DNA from: Candidatus Puniceispirillales bacterium
Lineage (GTDB): Bacteria; Pseudomonadota; Alphaproteobacteria; Puniceispirillales; GCA-002684695
Assembly: GCA_045565515.1 (NCBI GenBank)
Contig: JBJLFF010000004.1
Coordinates: 1,359 to 65,358 of the forward strand
Direction of reading: 5' to 3'
Length of the DNA: 64,000 nucleotides
Below the pieces are notes generated by a model, which was given only the letters and a program-made list of their open reading frames with translations, ran no database searches and had not been told where the DNA came from. How positions within the stretch are numbered: the stretch's first letter is position 1; each line of letters starts with the position of its first letter. A program made the position numbers and the translations under genes. Positions 45,490 to 57,602 of the stretch are shown here, piece after piece.

Positions 45490-46383
45490 ATGATATTTAT
45501 TAAAAGTCCTCCAATTTGGTTAATTGCAATAACTTTAATTTTTGGCGCTGGATGTCTTGGAGCCAGTACATACTTCGTAAGAATTAGTGAGGTTGGACCA
45601 ATATCATCTGCTTTCTGGAGATCGTTTTTAGCATTACCATTAATTTTAATTTTAATCCGATTTTTAAGAATTCAAATACAATATAAAATTGAAAATAATA
45701 ATTATTTTTATCTAGCATTACCAGGAATATTTTTAGGGATAGATCATGCAGCTTGGCATCATGGCATAATGCTCACAACAATAGCAAATTCAACTTTATT
45801 TGCTTCTATGGCTCCGGTTTTTGTCGTTATTTATAGTTATTTACTTTTTTCAATAACTATAAATAGGAAGTTTTTGTTTGGTTTAATAGCGTCAATTATT
45901 GGAGCAGTTTTATTGATGTATAGTTCCTTAGAGTTAAGCTTAAAAAATATTTTTGGTGATTTTTGGTCGCTATTAGCAGGTGCATTTTATGCAGCATACT
46001 TAATGTCAACAGGATTTTTGAGGGATAAAAGCTTAAATATTTATATTATATTTTTATTTGGAACTTTATTTAGTGCCCTTACCCTTTTATTTATAGTTAT
46101 ATTTTCCAATGAAACTATTCTTCCTGTTTCTTTAAATGGCTGGCTTATTATTTTTAGCTTAGCATTTATTAGTCAATTTATCGGAATAGGATTGATTACA
46201 TGGGCACTAGGAAAAGTTAAAACTGGACTAGCTTCATTAACTCTTATGAGTGAGCCTGTTACTGCATCATTTCTAGCTTGGTTATTATTAGGTGAGTACT
46301 TAACAGCCATTCAACTAATTGGAGGAATAATTATACTTTTTGGTATTATTTATGCTCAGAGTTCTTCGGAATTAAAACAATAA
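45490..46383 (+). CDS. DMT-superfamily (EamA-like) transporter
   Basis: Ten hydrophobic helices in two EamA-like halves. Confidence 0.8.
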   Translation: MIFIKSPPIWLIAITLIFGAGCLGASTYFVRISEVGPISSAFWRSFLALPLILILIRFLRIQIQYKIENNNYFYLALPGIFLGIDHAAWHHGIMLTTIANSTLFASMAPVFVVIYSYLLFSITINRKFLFGLIASIIGAVLLMYSSLELSLKNIFGDFWSLLAGAFYAAYLMSTGFLRDKSLNIYIIFLFGTLFSALTLLFIVIFSNETILPVSLNGWLIIFSLAFISQFIGIGLITWALGKVKTGLASLTLMSEPVTASFLAWLLLGEYLTAIQLIGGIIILFGIIYAQSSSELKQ

Positions 46384-46384
46384 G

Positions 46385-47866
46385 CTAATCAGCTAATTCT
46401 GCTGCCCGTATAAGAGCTTTCGCTTTATTTCTAGTTTCTAATTCCTCACCTTCATTCGTACTATCATGAACAATTCCTCCTCCAGCTTGCACATACAATT
46501 TACCGTCTTTAATAATCCCTGTTCTTAAAGCAATGCAAGTATCCAAATCACCAGATGCACTAAAGTATCCAACTGCCCCTGAATAAATTCCTCGTCTTTC
46601 AGTCTCTAGTTCTTCTATAATTTGCATAGCTCTAATTTTAGGAGCTCCACTTACTGTACCTGCTGGGAAACCTGCAATTAAAGTATCGAGACTATCTAGT
46701 TCACCTCGTAACTCACCTTTAACCTCTGATTCTATATGCATCACATGAGAATACATCTCAACACTAAAACTTTCAGTAACTTCTACTGTGCCAGGCTTAG
46801 AAACTCTGCCTACATCATTTCTTCCCAAGTCTAGAAGCATTAGATGTTCCGCTCTCTCTTTTGGGTCGTTAAGTAATTCTTCTTTAAGTTTGAGATCTTC
46901 TATTTTATTTTTTCCTCTTGGTCTAGTTCCTGCTATTGGTCTGATTGTGCATTCATTATCTCTTAATCTTACAAGTATTTCAGGAGAAGAACCAACAACA
47001 TAAAAATCTCCAAAATTAAAATGGAATAAAAAAGGTGAGGGGTTTAGTCTTCTCAGTGATCTGTAAAAAGAAATTGATGATTTTTGAAACGGTATTTCAA
47101 AACGCTGTGACAAAACAACCTGATATACGTCACCAGACTTAATATATTCTTTAGCTTTTTCAACGGAACTATAAAACTCTGATTTTGTTAAATTGCTTGG
47201 AGCATTATTGTCTTGATGAAAGTCTTTTTGAACAGGTAAATTAGAATGGTCCAAACCTGAATTTAGTTCATTTACTGCATTAGCAATAATTTTTTTTCCT
47301 TTATTCCAAGCCTGTTCTGCTGTAACTCCTAGCTTTGGTCTTACTGGTGTTATAAGAATAAATTCATCTTTAAGCCTATCAAAAATACAAATTAATGATG
47401 GCCTTATCAAAATTGTTTCAGGCAACTCCAGTGGGTCAGCATTTTTGATACTTATATTCTCAAAGTATGAGACCATATCATAGCCAATGTATCCAAATAA
47501 ACCTGCTGACAAAGGGGGAAGATTATCTGGAATATCTATTTTTGAATTATTTATTAAATTTCGTAAAGATTTAAGAGGCTTTTCCTTATCTTTAACAAAC
47601 TTTATGTTATTTTCATCTGGAAAAGCTGTTTCAGAAACACCATTTTTACATTTCCAAATAAGATCTGGCGACATTCCAATTGCAGAATACCTCCCTCTAT
47701 TTTCTCCACCTTCAACAGATTCTAAAAGAAAATTATAATCTTTATTATTAGTTAATTTTAACAAAGCTGAAACAGGCGTCTCTAAATCTGCAACTATAAA
47801 TTCCCAAAGAAGTTGTGGCTTACCAGAATTGTATTTATCAACAAATTGTTTTGAAATTTTGATCAT
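46385..47866 (-). CDS. trpE: Anthranilate synthase component I
   Basis: LLESVEGGENRGRYS, chorismate-binding core (GTRPRG, ERAEHLMLLDLGRNDVG, GAPKIRAMQIIEELE..RGIYSGAVGY). Confidence 0.93.
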   Translation of the reverse strand: MIKISKQFVDKYNSGKPQLLWEFIVADLETPVSALLKLTNNKDYNFLLESVEGGENRGRYSAIGMSPDLIWKCKNGVSETAFPDENNIKFVKDKEKPLKSLRNLINNSKIDIPDNLPPLSAGLFGYIGYDMVSYFENISIKNADPLELPETILIRPSLICIFDRLKDEFILITPVRPKLGVTAEQAWNKGKKIIANAVNELNSGLDHSNLPVQKDFHQDNNAPSNLTKSEFYSSVEKAKEYIKSGDVYQVVLSQRFEIPFQKSSISFYRSLRRLNPSPFLFHFNFGDFYVVGSSPEILVRLRDNECTIRPIAGTRPRGKNKIEDLKLKEELLNDPKERAEHLMLLDLGRNDVGRVSKPGTVEVTESFSVEMYSHVMHIESEVKGELRGELDSLDTLIAGFPAGTVSGAPKIRAMQIIEELETERRGIYSGAVGYFSASGDLDTCIALRTGIIKDGKLYVQAGGGIVHDSTNEGEELETRNKAKALIRAAELAD

Positions 47867-49729
47867 TTACTGTGGAGAAAGACCCAAAGCTTGTAAAATT
47901 AAACTTTTATTTACTTCTAACTTATGTTTTTCACCTAATTTCGAGATAAGAGCGCTACTTAAATCATTTTGTAATGATTGATTAAAAGGTGTAGTTAATA
48001 TCTTTGATAAATTATTAATCTCGTCTGTACTAGCAGGCGTAACTTTATCAAATCTTATAACTGAAATTCCAAGTTTAGTTGCGGCTATTTCATTATCTCC
48101 AATTTTCTCAATACCAAAAAGTGATTTAATAATTTGAGGTCTAGGATATGATGGATCATTCTGAGATGCGCCTATAATTTGAGATACATTCATCTGGTTT
48201 TCATTTGCAAATTTTATTAAATCATTAGAAGAAGATAATTCACCAGCTAAATTAAGAGTTTCTTCAATAGCTTTAGTTTGCTTCCAAGCATTTTCTAGTT
48301 TTATTTTAATATCATTAAATTTTGGAAGGTACTCTTTTATTTCTTCTTTTAGAACTAAAGCAAAAAATCTTCCGTCTTCTGTTTCATTTATTGAGATTTC
48401 ATCTTCAATATTGTTCCATAAAACATCCAAAAATATTTTATCACTGAATAGAGGATTTTCTGGTATCTCTTTATTTTGGTTTAACCCATTTTTATCAAGA
48501 GGCTCTGTAAAAACAATATCTAGCTTTTTTTGTTTGGAAATCTCTTCAATACTTGATCCTGAAGAAAATTCATCATCTGCATAATTTGCTATGTCATAAA
48601 TTAAATCAGTTGCTCTTTCTAACTTTATATCATTTTCTAATTGCTCTTTAATATCATCAAATTTAGGGTTACTAGCTTGATTTATTTCATTTAATTTTAT
48701 TAAGTGGAAACCAATGTCACTCTCTATTATGGAGCTAACTTCATCAAGCTTTAAATCAAAAACTACAAGAGAGACTTCATCTATTAAATCAGATTTTTTT
48801 ATATCTTTTATTAAAGTTTCTTGATCATTAAACTTCTCTTTTACTATTGTTTCAAAAAGGCTGCCATTCTTTATTTTAGAAAAAATTATTTGAGCTTCTT
48901 CTCTTGTATCAAAAATCATTTGATTTATTGATCTTGTTTCTTCTTTAATGTAATCGGTTCTTCTTATATCAAATTCATCGATTAAATCCTGTCCACTTAT
49001 TTCAATGTCCTTAACAAAGTTAATAGGATCTAAGTAAAAATACTTTCCAATTCTTCTTGTTGGTTCTCTCCAGGAAGAGCTGGTATTATCATAAAATTGT
49101 ATTAACTCGCTTTCGGATGGGTTTTCTATTTTAGATAAAGGAGTTAATTTCAAATCAATAAGAGTTGCGTCTCTTTTTTCTAAATTTTTGGCTGCAATTA
49201 GTTTTATTATTTTTTCTGATACTTTTGCAGATTCAGATATCGTAACTGTCAACTGATCCTTAATGATGTTTCTACCAAGTAGTTCTAAATATTTTTCTTC
49301 TGAAACCCCTGCATTTAATAGTGACATTTGAAATTTAGTTCCACTAAATTTACCATCTTCATCCATAAACCTTTTATTTTCTAATAAAGATTTTTTTAAA
49401 TATTCTCGTGTTACTGTTATTCCCTGTGAATTAGCTTCTTCCATAATAATTGCTTCATTGGATAAGAAGGTTATTAGTAAATCTAGATAGCCACTCTCTA
49501 TAGCTTCGTTTACACTCAAATTTGGAGCTACTTCAGCCCTTAATTTATTAAATTGGGTTGCTATTTCTTGTATTTCAATAGATGTATCACCTGCAGTAAT
49601 GTAATCCTTATTGAACTGTAAGGATGGAACAAAACTCCCTAAACCGAGGCCAGCAAAAGCAATTAATACCAACACCAAAAATACTTTTGCAATTGGATGT
49701 TTTGAGTGTTTTCTCAAAGATTGAAGCAT
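47867..49729 (-). CDS. ppiD: PpiD-like periplasmic chaperone / parvulin-type peptidyl-prolyl isomerase
   Basis: N-terminal membrane anchor (IAKVFLVLVLIAFAGLGLGSF), 620 aa SurA/PpiD-like architecture, central parvulin-like segment (SDIGFHLIKL). Confidence 0.75.
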   Translation of the reverse strand: MLQSLRKHSKHPIAKVFLVLVLIAFAGLGLGSFVPSLQFNKDYITAGDTSIEIQEIATQFNKLRAEVAPNLSVNEAIESGYLDLLITFLSNEAIIMEEANSQGITVTREYLKKSLLENKRFMDEDGKFSGTKFQMSLLNAGVSEEKYLELLGRNIIKDQLTVTISESAKVSEKIIKLIAAKNLEKRDATLIDLKLTPLSKIENPSESELIQFYDNTSSSWREPTRRIGKYFYLDPINFVKDIEISGQDLIDEFDIRRTDYIKEETRSINQMIFDTREEAQIIFSKIKNGSLFETIVKEKFNDQETLIKDIKKSDLIDEVSLVVFDLKLDEVSSIIESDIGFHLIKLNEINQASNPKFDDIKEQLENDIKLERATDLIYDIANYADDEFSSGSSIEEISKQKKLDIVFTEPLDKNGLNQNKEIPENPLFSDKIFLDVLWNNIEDEISINETEDGRFFALVLKEEIKEYLPKFNDIKIKLENAWKQTKAIEETLNLAGELSSSNDLIKFANENQMNVSQIIGASQNDPSYPRPQIIKSLFGIEKIGDNEIAATKLGISVIRFDKVTPASTDEINNLSKILTTPFNQSLQNDLSSALISKLGEKHKLEVNKSLILQALGLSPQ

Positions 49730-49842
49730 ATAGTAATTACCTTAAAATATTTTTAATATTCTATTTAATACTCTGACAGTTGAACTGCAAATCAAAAATG
49801 ATTAAAAACAATTATATTTTCATTAATTAAGGATAAACTTTT

Positions 49843-50595
49843 ATGATTATAGCAGGAAATTGGAAAATGAATTGTAATAAAGAAGAGGCTATAAAATTAG
49901 TAAATGAAATAACAAAAGATAATAATAATTTCAATAAATCAGAAGTCATTATTTTTCCTTCTTACTTAATGATAAATCAAATAAAAGAAGCAATTAAAAA
50001 TAAGAATCTTAAATTAGGTGCTCAGGATTGCTCTATTTATGACAATGGTGCTTTTACTGGTCAAGTTTCCTCTGATATGATTTTAGACGCTGGATGTGAA
50101 TATGTAATTTTAGGTCATTCTGAGAGAAGAGATTTATGTAATGAAACATCTGAAGATGTATCAAAAAAATTTTTTCAGGCTTTTTCTAAAGGTTTAAACA
50201 CAATTATTTGTATTGGGGAAAATCTTCAAGAAAGAGAAAATAATAAATATTTATCTATTTTAGAAGACCAAATTAGAGTTAGTTTTTCAAATATTAAAGA
50301 ATTTGAATTGAGCTCTGTAAAAAATAAAGTTATTTTCGCTTACGAACCTATATGGGCTATTGGAACTGGTAAGGTTGCAACAAATAAAAATATTGAGGAA
50401 GTCCACTCCTTTATAAAACACTTAATAAAAGATGATTTTAAAATTGAACAAGACATACCTGTCATTTATGGTGGATCTGTTAATGAAAATAATTCATCAG
50501 ATATATTTAATATTAAAAATGTTGATGGTGTTTTAGTAGGTGGGGCTAGTTTAAAGTCCGATAGTTTTTTAAAAATAATTAATAATTCATTGTAA
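49843..50595 (+). CDS. tpiA: Triose-phosphate isomerase
   Basis: AGNWKMN, ILGHSERR, AYEPIWAIGTG, GGASL motifs. Confidence 0.93.
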   Translation: MIIAGNWKMNCNKEEAIKLVNEITKDNNNFNKSEVIIFPSYLMINQIKEAIKNKNLKLGAQDCSIYDNGAFTGQVSSDMILDAGCEYVILGHSERRDLCNETSEDVSKKFFQAFSKGLNTIICIGENLQERENNKYLSILEDQIRVSFSNIKEFELSSVKNKVIFAYEPIWAIGTGKVATNKNIEEVHSFIKHLIKDDFKIEQDIPVIYGGSVNENNSSDIFNIKNVDGVLVGGASLKSDSFLKIINNSL

Positions 50596-50670
50596 TTTAT
50601 ATTAAATAGTAATGAAATTTAACTTGTAAAATATTCACAAAATTAATATATACAGTCCAAAGGACGATTT

Positions 50671-50988
50671 ATGACTACTGTTATTTTAATTATTCATATC
50701 ATTATTTCCATTTCTATTGTTGGTTTAGTTCTAATGCAAAGAAGTGAAGGCGGTGGATTGGGCATTGGTGGAGGTAATAACTTTATGTCAGCTAGAGGAA
50801 CTGCTGACTTTCTTACCAGAGCTACAACCATCTTAGCAATTGCTTTTTTTTGTACTTCAATTCTGCTCGCTATGTTAGCGGGATATGGAAAGAAAAGTTC
50901 TTCAATCATAGATGAAGTTTCTCAAGAAAGTCAGATAGAAAACAATTCTTCAAAAGATGGTAAACCCTCTGTTCCTACAGATAATTAA
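50671..50988 (+). CDS. secG: Preprotein translocase subunit SecG
   Basis: Two TM helices with an intervening G-rich loop (QRSEGGGLGIGGG); conserved position after tpiA. Confidence 0.85.
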   Translation: MTTVILIIHIIISISIVGLVLMQRSEGGGLGIGGGNNFMSARGTADFLTRATTILAIAFFCTSILLAMLAGYGKKSSSIIDEVSQESQIENNSSKDGKPSVPTDN

Positions 50989-51048
50989 TCTCATTTTTTT
51001 ATATTATTAAAAACTAGCATTTAGCTTATTACCATTGTATAAAAATAA

Positions 51049-52680
<1,632 letters not shown>

Positions 52681-52696
52681 AGATAGGATTTTTTAT

Positions 52697-53512
52697 ATGA
52701 AGATAAATAATATAAATATTGGTAATGAGTTACCCTTCGTATTAATTGCAGGTCCATGTGCAATAGAAAATCTTGATAGTGCACTATTTCATGCCGAAAA
52801 AATTAAAAATATATGTTTTGATCTGAATATACCTTTAATTTATAAATCTTCATTTGATAAAGCAAACAGAACGTCCATATCTTCTGAAAGAGGAATTGGG
52901 ATTGATGATGGTCTCGAAATATTATCTAAAGTTAAGAAAGAATTTAATTTAACAATCATCACGGATATCCATGATGCATCACAATGTCAAAAAGTATCTT
53001 CTGTTGTTGATATTTTACAAATCCCAGCCTTTTTATGTAGGCAAACTGATTTATTAGTTGCTGCGGCTAAAACAGATTGTGTTGTAAATGTTAAAAAAGG
53101 TCAATTTTTAGCTCCATGGGATATGCATCAAGTTGTAAAAAAAATAAAAAGGTCAGGAAATAATAAGGTTTTAGTTACTGAAAGAGGAGTTTCATTTGGT
53201 TATAATACCTTAGTTTCTGATATGAGAGCTTTACCTGAATTAAAAAAATCAAACTGCCCTGTAATTTTTGATGCTACTCATAGCGTTCAACAACCAGGTG
53301 GTAAAGGTAATAGCTCTGGTGGAGAAAGAAATTATGTATCTGTTCTTTCTAGAGCTGCTATTGCAGTGGGTGTTGCTGGTATATTTATGGAGACACATAA
53401 AGACCCAGATAGTGCACCCTCGGATGGCCCAAATATGATACCTTTAAATGAGCTCAGCAATCTATTAAAGTTATTGAAGAAATTTGATGTCTTATCAAAA
53501 TCTAATATTTAA
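52697..53512 (+). CDS. kdsA: 3-deoxy-8-phosphooctulonate synthase
   Basis: [40 protein letters not shown] motifs. Confidence 0.94.
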   Translation: MKINNINIGNELPFVLIAGPCAIENLDSALFHAEKIKNICFDLNIPLIYKSSFDKANRTSISSERGIGIDDGLEILSKVKKEFNLTIITDIHDASQCQKVSSVVDILQIPAFLCRQTDLLVAAAKTDCVVNVKKGQFLAPWDMHQVVKKIKRSGNNKVLVTERGVSFGYNTLVSDMRALPELKKSNCPVIFDATHSVQQPGGKGNSSGGERNYVSVLSRAAIAVGVAGIFMETHKDPDSAPSDGPNMIPLNELSNLLKLLKKFDVLSKSNI

Positions 53513-53525
53513 ATTATAGATTATT

Positions 53526-54801
53526 ATGGAAGTAATTGATAAAATTTTTGGGAGACAAATTCTTGATTCAAGAGGCAACCCAACCGTGGAAGTAGAGATT
53601 ACTCTAGATAATGGTATTAAATCTCGTGCATCTGTTCCTTCTGGTGCATCAACTGGAGGACATGAAGCTATAGAAAAAAGAGACAATGAATCCTCAAAAT
53701 ATCTTGGAAAAGGTGTTTCTAAAGTAGTTAATAGTATAAATTTTGAAATTAATGAATACTTGAAGGGTTTTTCGCCTTTGAACCAAAAAAAAACTCGATC
53801 AGAAATTGATAGAACTAGATGGTACAGAAAATAAATCTAGACTTGGCGCAAATGCAATTTTAGGAGTAAGTCTTGCTGCTGCTAGGGTTTCATCTCAAAT
53901 TAAAAGTGAAAGTTTGTTTAAATATTTAAGCGAATACAATGAGTATATACTTCCTACTCCTTTAATGAATATTATTAATGGAGGAGCTCATGCTAATAAT
54001 GCATTAGATTTTCAAGAGATAATGATAATGCCAGTAGGAGCTAATACTTTTTCAGAAGCTTTAAGATGGGGAGCCGAAATTTTCCATCACTTAAAATCAG
54101 TTCTTTCTGAAAACTCTTTTTCTACATCAGTTGGAGACGAGGGAGGGTTTTCTCCCGAAATCAATAATGTAGAGGAGGCTTTGGAATTACTTAGCAAAGC
54201 CATTAAGAAAGCTGGAAGAAATCTAGATAATGATATTAATTTTGCTATAGATGCTGCCTCTTCTGAATTTTATAAAAATAATTTTTATGAAATGAATAAT
54301 GGTCAAACAAAAATAGATACAAATGATATGATTAAAATTTGGGAAAACCTTGTAAGGGAATACCCAATAATTTCTTTAGAGGATCCATTAGAAGAAAATG
54401 ACTTTGAAGGATATAAAGAGCTTACTAATCTAATTGGAAATAATATACAAATTGTTGGGGATGACTTATTTGCAACAAATATGAATAGATTAACAAAAGG
54501 AATTAATTTAGGTGCTGCTAATTCAATATTAATTAAACTTAATCAAATTGGTACTCTTTCTGAAACAATAGAAACTGTAAATTTAGCTAAAAAAAATAAT
54601 TATGGAACAATTATATCACATCGCTCAGGTGAAACTGAGGATACATTTATAGCTGATTTATCTGTTGGTTTGAATTCAGGTCAAATTAAGACAGGGTCAT
54701 TATCACGGTCTGAAAGATTGTGTAAGTACAATCAACTTATTAGAATTGAAGAAGAGCTTGGTAATTTGGCTAAATATAATGGATCAAAAATTTTAAATTA
54801 A
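53526..54801 (+). CDS. eno: Enolase, reading frame broken in an A9 run
   Basis: ORF 53526-53834 ([13 protein letters not shown]..., [12 protein letters not shown]) and ORF 53806-54801 ([22 protein letters not shown]..., SHRSGETED) are one enolase. Removing one A from the A9 run at 53785-53793 gives ...[20 protein letters not shown]... Confidence 0.93.
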
Positions 54802-54840
54802 TCTATTGACCGATTCGTTTTATTTTGATTCAATCTAAAT

Positions 54841-55152
54841 ATGAAAAATCTTAATAATTTTAACAATAGAAATTTTAATGTATTATACTTTATTATTCCT
54901 TTAGTTATTTCCGGTTTATTAATAATTAACGCATCTAAAGACAATGGTGGAATTCCTGTACTTAATAGTTTAAGCAAAAAAATTCATGTTTCAGAAAACA
55001 AACTAAGACAGCTTGATAAAAAAATAACTGTTATTCAAAATAAAGTTGACCTTATCAAAGGCCCTGAAATAGATGCTGATTTGCTGGAAGAGCTTGCTTA
55101 CCAATATCTTGGATTCTCTTATGAGAAAGATTTATTTGTGCCTACTGATTAA
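54841..55152 (+). CDS. ftsB: FtsB/DivIC-like septum formation initiator
   Basis: 103 aa, one N-terminal TM helix followed by a coiled coil. Conserved position between eno and pdhA in alphaproteobacteria (recalled synteny). Confidence 0.6.
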   Translation: MKNLNNFNNRNFNVLYFIIPLVISGLLIINASKDNGGIPVLNSLSKKIHVSENKLRQLDKKITVIQNKVDLIKGPEIDADLLEELAYQYLGFSYEKDLFVPTD

Positions 55153-55267
55153 ATTTTAACAACATACTGTTAAAATTTAATATAATTAATATTAACAAGT
55201 AGTTAATTGATATTGAAATTTTTTAATTTTATACTATCTTATTATATATCACAAAAATTGATTTATA

Positions 55268-56287
55268 ATGAATAAAGCTAAATTAAAAAGAAAATCCCCT
55301 AGAAGACCTGTTAAAAATTTCAACGTTAATAGTCTTGGCAATCAAGGATTGATAAATTTATATAAGCAAATGTTATTAATACGCCGTTTTGAAGAGAAAG
55401 CTGGTCAATTATATGGAATGGGCTCTATTGGTGGTTTTTGTCATTTATACATTGGACAAGAAGCTGTTGTTGTTGGTATGCAATCTGTTTCTAAATTTGG
55501 TGACAGTGTAATAACATCTTATAGAGACCACGGCCATATGATTGCGTGTGGTATGGATCCAAAAGGAGTAATGGCAGAACTAACTGGGAGGGAAAGTGGT
55601 TACTCTAAAGGCAAAGGTGGATCAATGCACATGTTTAGCAAAGAAAAAAACTTTTATGGTGGTCATGGAATAGTAGGTGCTCAAGTTCCAATTGGTGTTG
55701 GCTTAGCTTTTTCTCATAAATATAAAAATGATGGTTTTGTTAGTATGACTTACTTAGGCGATGGAGCAGTCAACCAAGGGCAAGTATACGAAAGTTTTAA
55801 TATGGCCGCATTATGGAAATTGCCCGTAATTTTTATTATTGAAAATAATAAATATGGAATGGGTACTTCTGTAACTAGAGCAAGTGCCGGCAGATCACTT
55901 GCTGAAAGAGGTAAAGCGTATGGTATACCCGGTATAGAAGTTGATGGAATGAATGTTTTTTCAGTTAGAGAAGCTGGAAAAGAAGCTTTAGATTATTCAA
56001 GAAATGGAAAAGGTCCTTTTATTTTAGAGATGAAAACTTACAGATATAGAGGCCATTCCATGTCTGACCCTGCAAAATATAGAGCCCGTTCAGAAGTTGA
56101 TGCGGTTAGGCAGCAAAAAGATTGTATAGAAAATCTTAAAGAAATACTTCAAGAAAATAAGGTAACTGACGATGAACTTAAAGGTTTTGACACTGAAATT
56201 AAATCAACAGTAACAAAAGCTGCAGAGTTTGCTTTGGAAAGTAATTTGCCAGATCAAAGTGAATTACTATCTGATATTTATCTATAA
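55268..56287 (+). CDS. pdhA: Pyruvate dehydrogenase E1 component, alpha subunit
   Basis: RRFEEKAGQLYGMG.IGGFCHLY.GQEA, TPP motif GDGA.NQG...E..N.A, YRYRGHSMSDP. Confidence 0.93.
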   Translation: MNKAKLKRKSPRRPVKNFNVNSLGNQGLINLYKQMLLIRRFEEKAGQLYGMGSIGGFCHLYIGQEAVVVGMQSVSKFGDSVITSYRDHGHMIACGMDPKGVMAELTGRESGYSKGKGGSMHMFSKEKNFYGGHGIVGAQVPIGVGLAFSHKYKNDGFVSMTYLGDGAVNQGQVYESFNMAALWKLPVIFIIENNKYGMGTSVTRASAGRSLAERGKAYGIPGIEVDGMNVFSVREAGKEALDYSRNGKGPFILEMKTYRYRGHSMSDPAKYRARSEVDAVRQQKDCIENLKEILQENKVTDDELKGFDTEIKSTVTKAAEFALESNLPDQSELLSDIYL

Positions 56288-56299
56288 TTAGGGAAAAAA

Positions 56300-57598
56300 A
56301 TGTCAAATATTAAAATGCCTGCTTTATCACCTACAATGACATCAGGGACTATTGCTAGATGGCTTGTTAAGGTTGGTGACAATGTTTCAAGTGGTGACGT
56401 AATTGCTGAGATTGAGACTGACAAAGCGACAATGGAGTTAGAGGCAATAGATGATGGGCAAGTAAGTAAAATTTTAGTTAAGGAAGGTGAGCAAGATATT
56501 TCAGTTGGAACTTTAATTGCTGTTATAGGTGATGAGGAGAAAACTGAGAAAATACAAAATTTTGAAAACCAAAAAATTTCTGACAAAAAGATAATAAAAA
56601 AACAAGATAATAATGAAATTAAAATCTCAGTAAGAGAGGCATTGAGAGATGCTATGGCTGAGGAAATGAGGTTGGATGAAAATGTTTTTGTTATGGGTGA
56701 AGAGGTTGCTGAGTATCAAGGTGCCTATAAAGTTACACAAGGCTTGCTTGAAGAATTTGGTGAAAAAAGAGTAATAGACACGCCAATTACTGAGCAAGGT
56801 TTTACTGGATTAGGTGTTGGCGCTGCTTTTGGTGGGTTGAAACCTATTATAGAATTTATGACTTTTAATTTTTCAATGCAAGCTATTGATCAAATTATCA
56901 ATTCAGCTGCAAAGACATTATATATGTCTGGAGGTCAAATGGGGTGCCCAATAGTTTTTAGAGGCCCAAATGGTGCAGCTTCAAGAGTTGCTGCGCAACA
57001 TTCGCAATGTTTTGCTAGTTGGTATGCGCATTGTCCTGGTTTAAAGGTTGTAGCACCATGGTCTGCTTCAGATGCAAAAGGACTTTTAAAAGCATCTATT
57101 AGGGACCCTAATCCAGTTATATTTCTTGAAAATGAACTTTTATATGGTGAAAAATTTGAGATTGAAAATGAAAATGAAACTATTCCAATTGGAAAAGGAA
57201 AAATATTAAGTAAAGGTGAAGACGTAACAATAGTTGCTTTTTCAATTATGGTTGGTAAAGCTCTCAATGCATCAAAAGAACTATTAAACCAAAATATTTC
57301 TTCTGAAGTTATTGATTTAAGAACAATAAAACCTTTAGACATAGATATCATTGTAGAAAGTGTAAAAAAAACAAATAGACTTGTAGTATGTGAAGAAGGC
57401 TTTCCATTTTCAGGTATTGGTTCAGAAATAATTTCTCAAGTTCAAGAAAAAGCTTTTGACTGGCTTGATGCTCCAATTAAAAGAGTTACAGGATTGGATG
57501 TTCCTCTTCCTTATGCAGAAAATCTTGAAAAAATGGCATTGCCTCAAGAGAATGATATTGTAAATGCTACTCTTAAAATTTTAAACAAAATGGATTAG
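56300..57598 (+). CDS. pdhB: Pyruvate dehydrogenase E1 component, beta subunit, with N-terminal lipoyl domain
   Basis: N-terminal lipoyl domain ([16 protein letters not shown]...[13 protein letters not shown]), K/E-rich linker, then the transketolase-like E1-beta core ([12 protein letters not shown]..., EQGFTG.GVGAA). Confidence 0.93.
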   Translation: MSNIKMPALSPTMTSGTIARWLVKVGDNVSSGDVIAEIETDKATMELEAIDDGQVSKILVKEGEQDISVGTLIAVIGDEEKTEKIQNFENQKISDKKIIKKQDNNEIKISVREALRDAMAEEMRLDENVFVMGEEVAEYQGAYKVTQGLLEEFGEKRVIDTPITEQGFTGLGVGAAFGGLKPIIEFMTFNFSMQAIDQIINSAAKTLYMSGGQMGCPIVFRGPNGAASRVAAQHSQCFASWYAHCPGLKVVAPWSASDAKGLLKASIRDPNPVIFLENELLYGEKFEIENENETIPIGKGKILSKGEDVTIVAFSIMVGKALNASKELLNQNISSEVIDLRTIKPLDIDIIVESVKKTNRLVVCEEGFPFSGIGSEIISQVQEKAFDWLDAPIKRVTGLDVPLPYAENLEKMALPQENDIVNATLKILNKMD

Positions 57599-57602
57599 TT
57601 CA

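Noticed and set aside
53785-53793. Programmed ribosomal or transcriptional slippage at the A9 runs in eno (53785-53793) and the kinase gene (63128-63136)
   Set aside because: No known biology requires frameshifting in enolase. The same kind of lesion hits many unrelated genes in both directions (+1 and -1), which fits base-calling error better. Kept only as the alternative to be excluded by read inspection.
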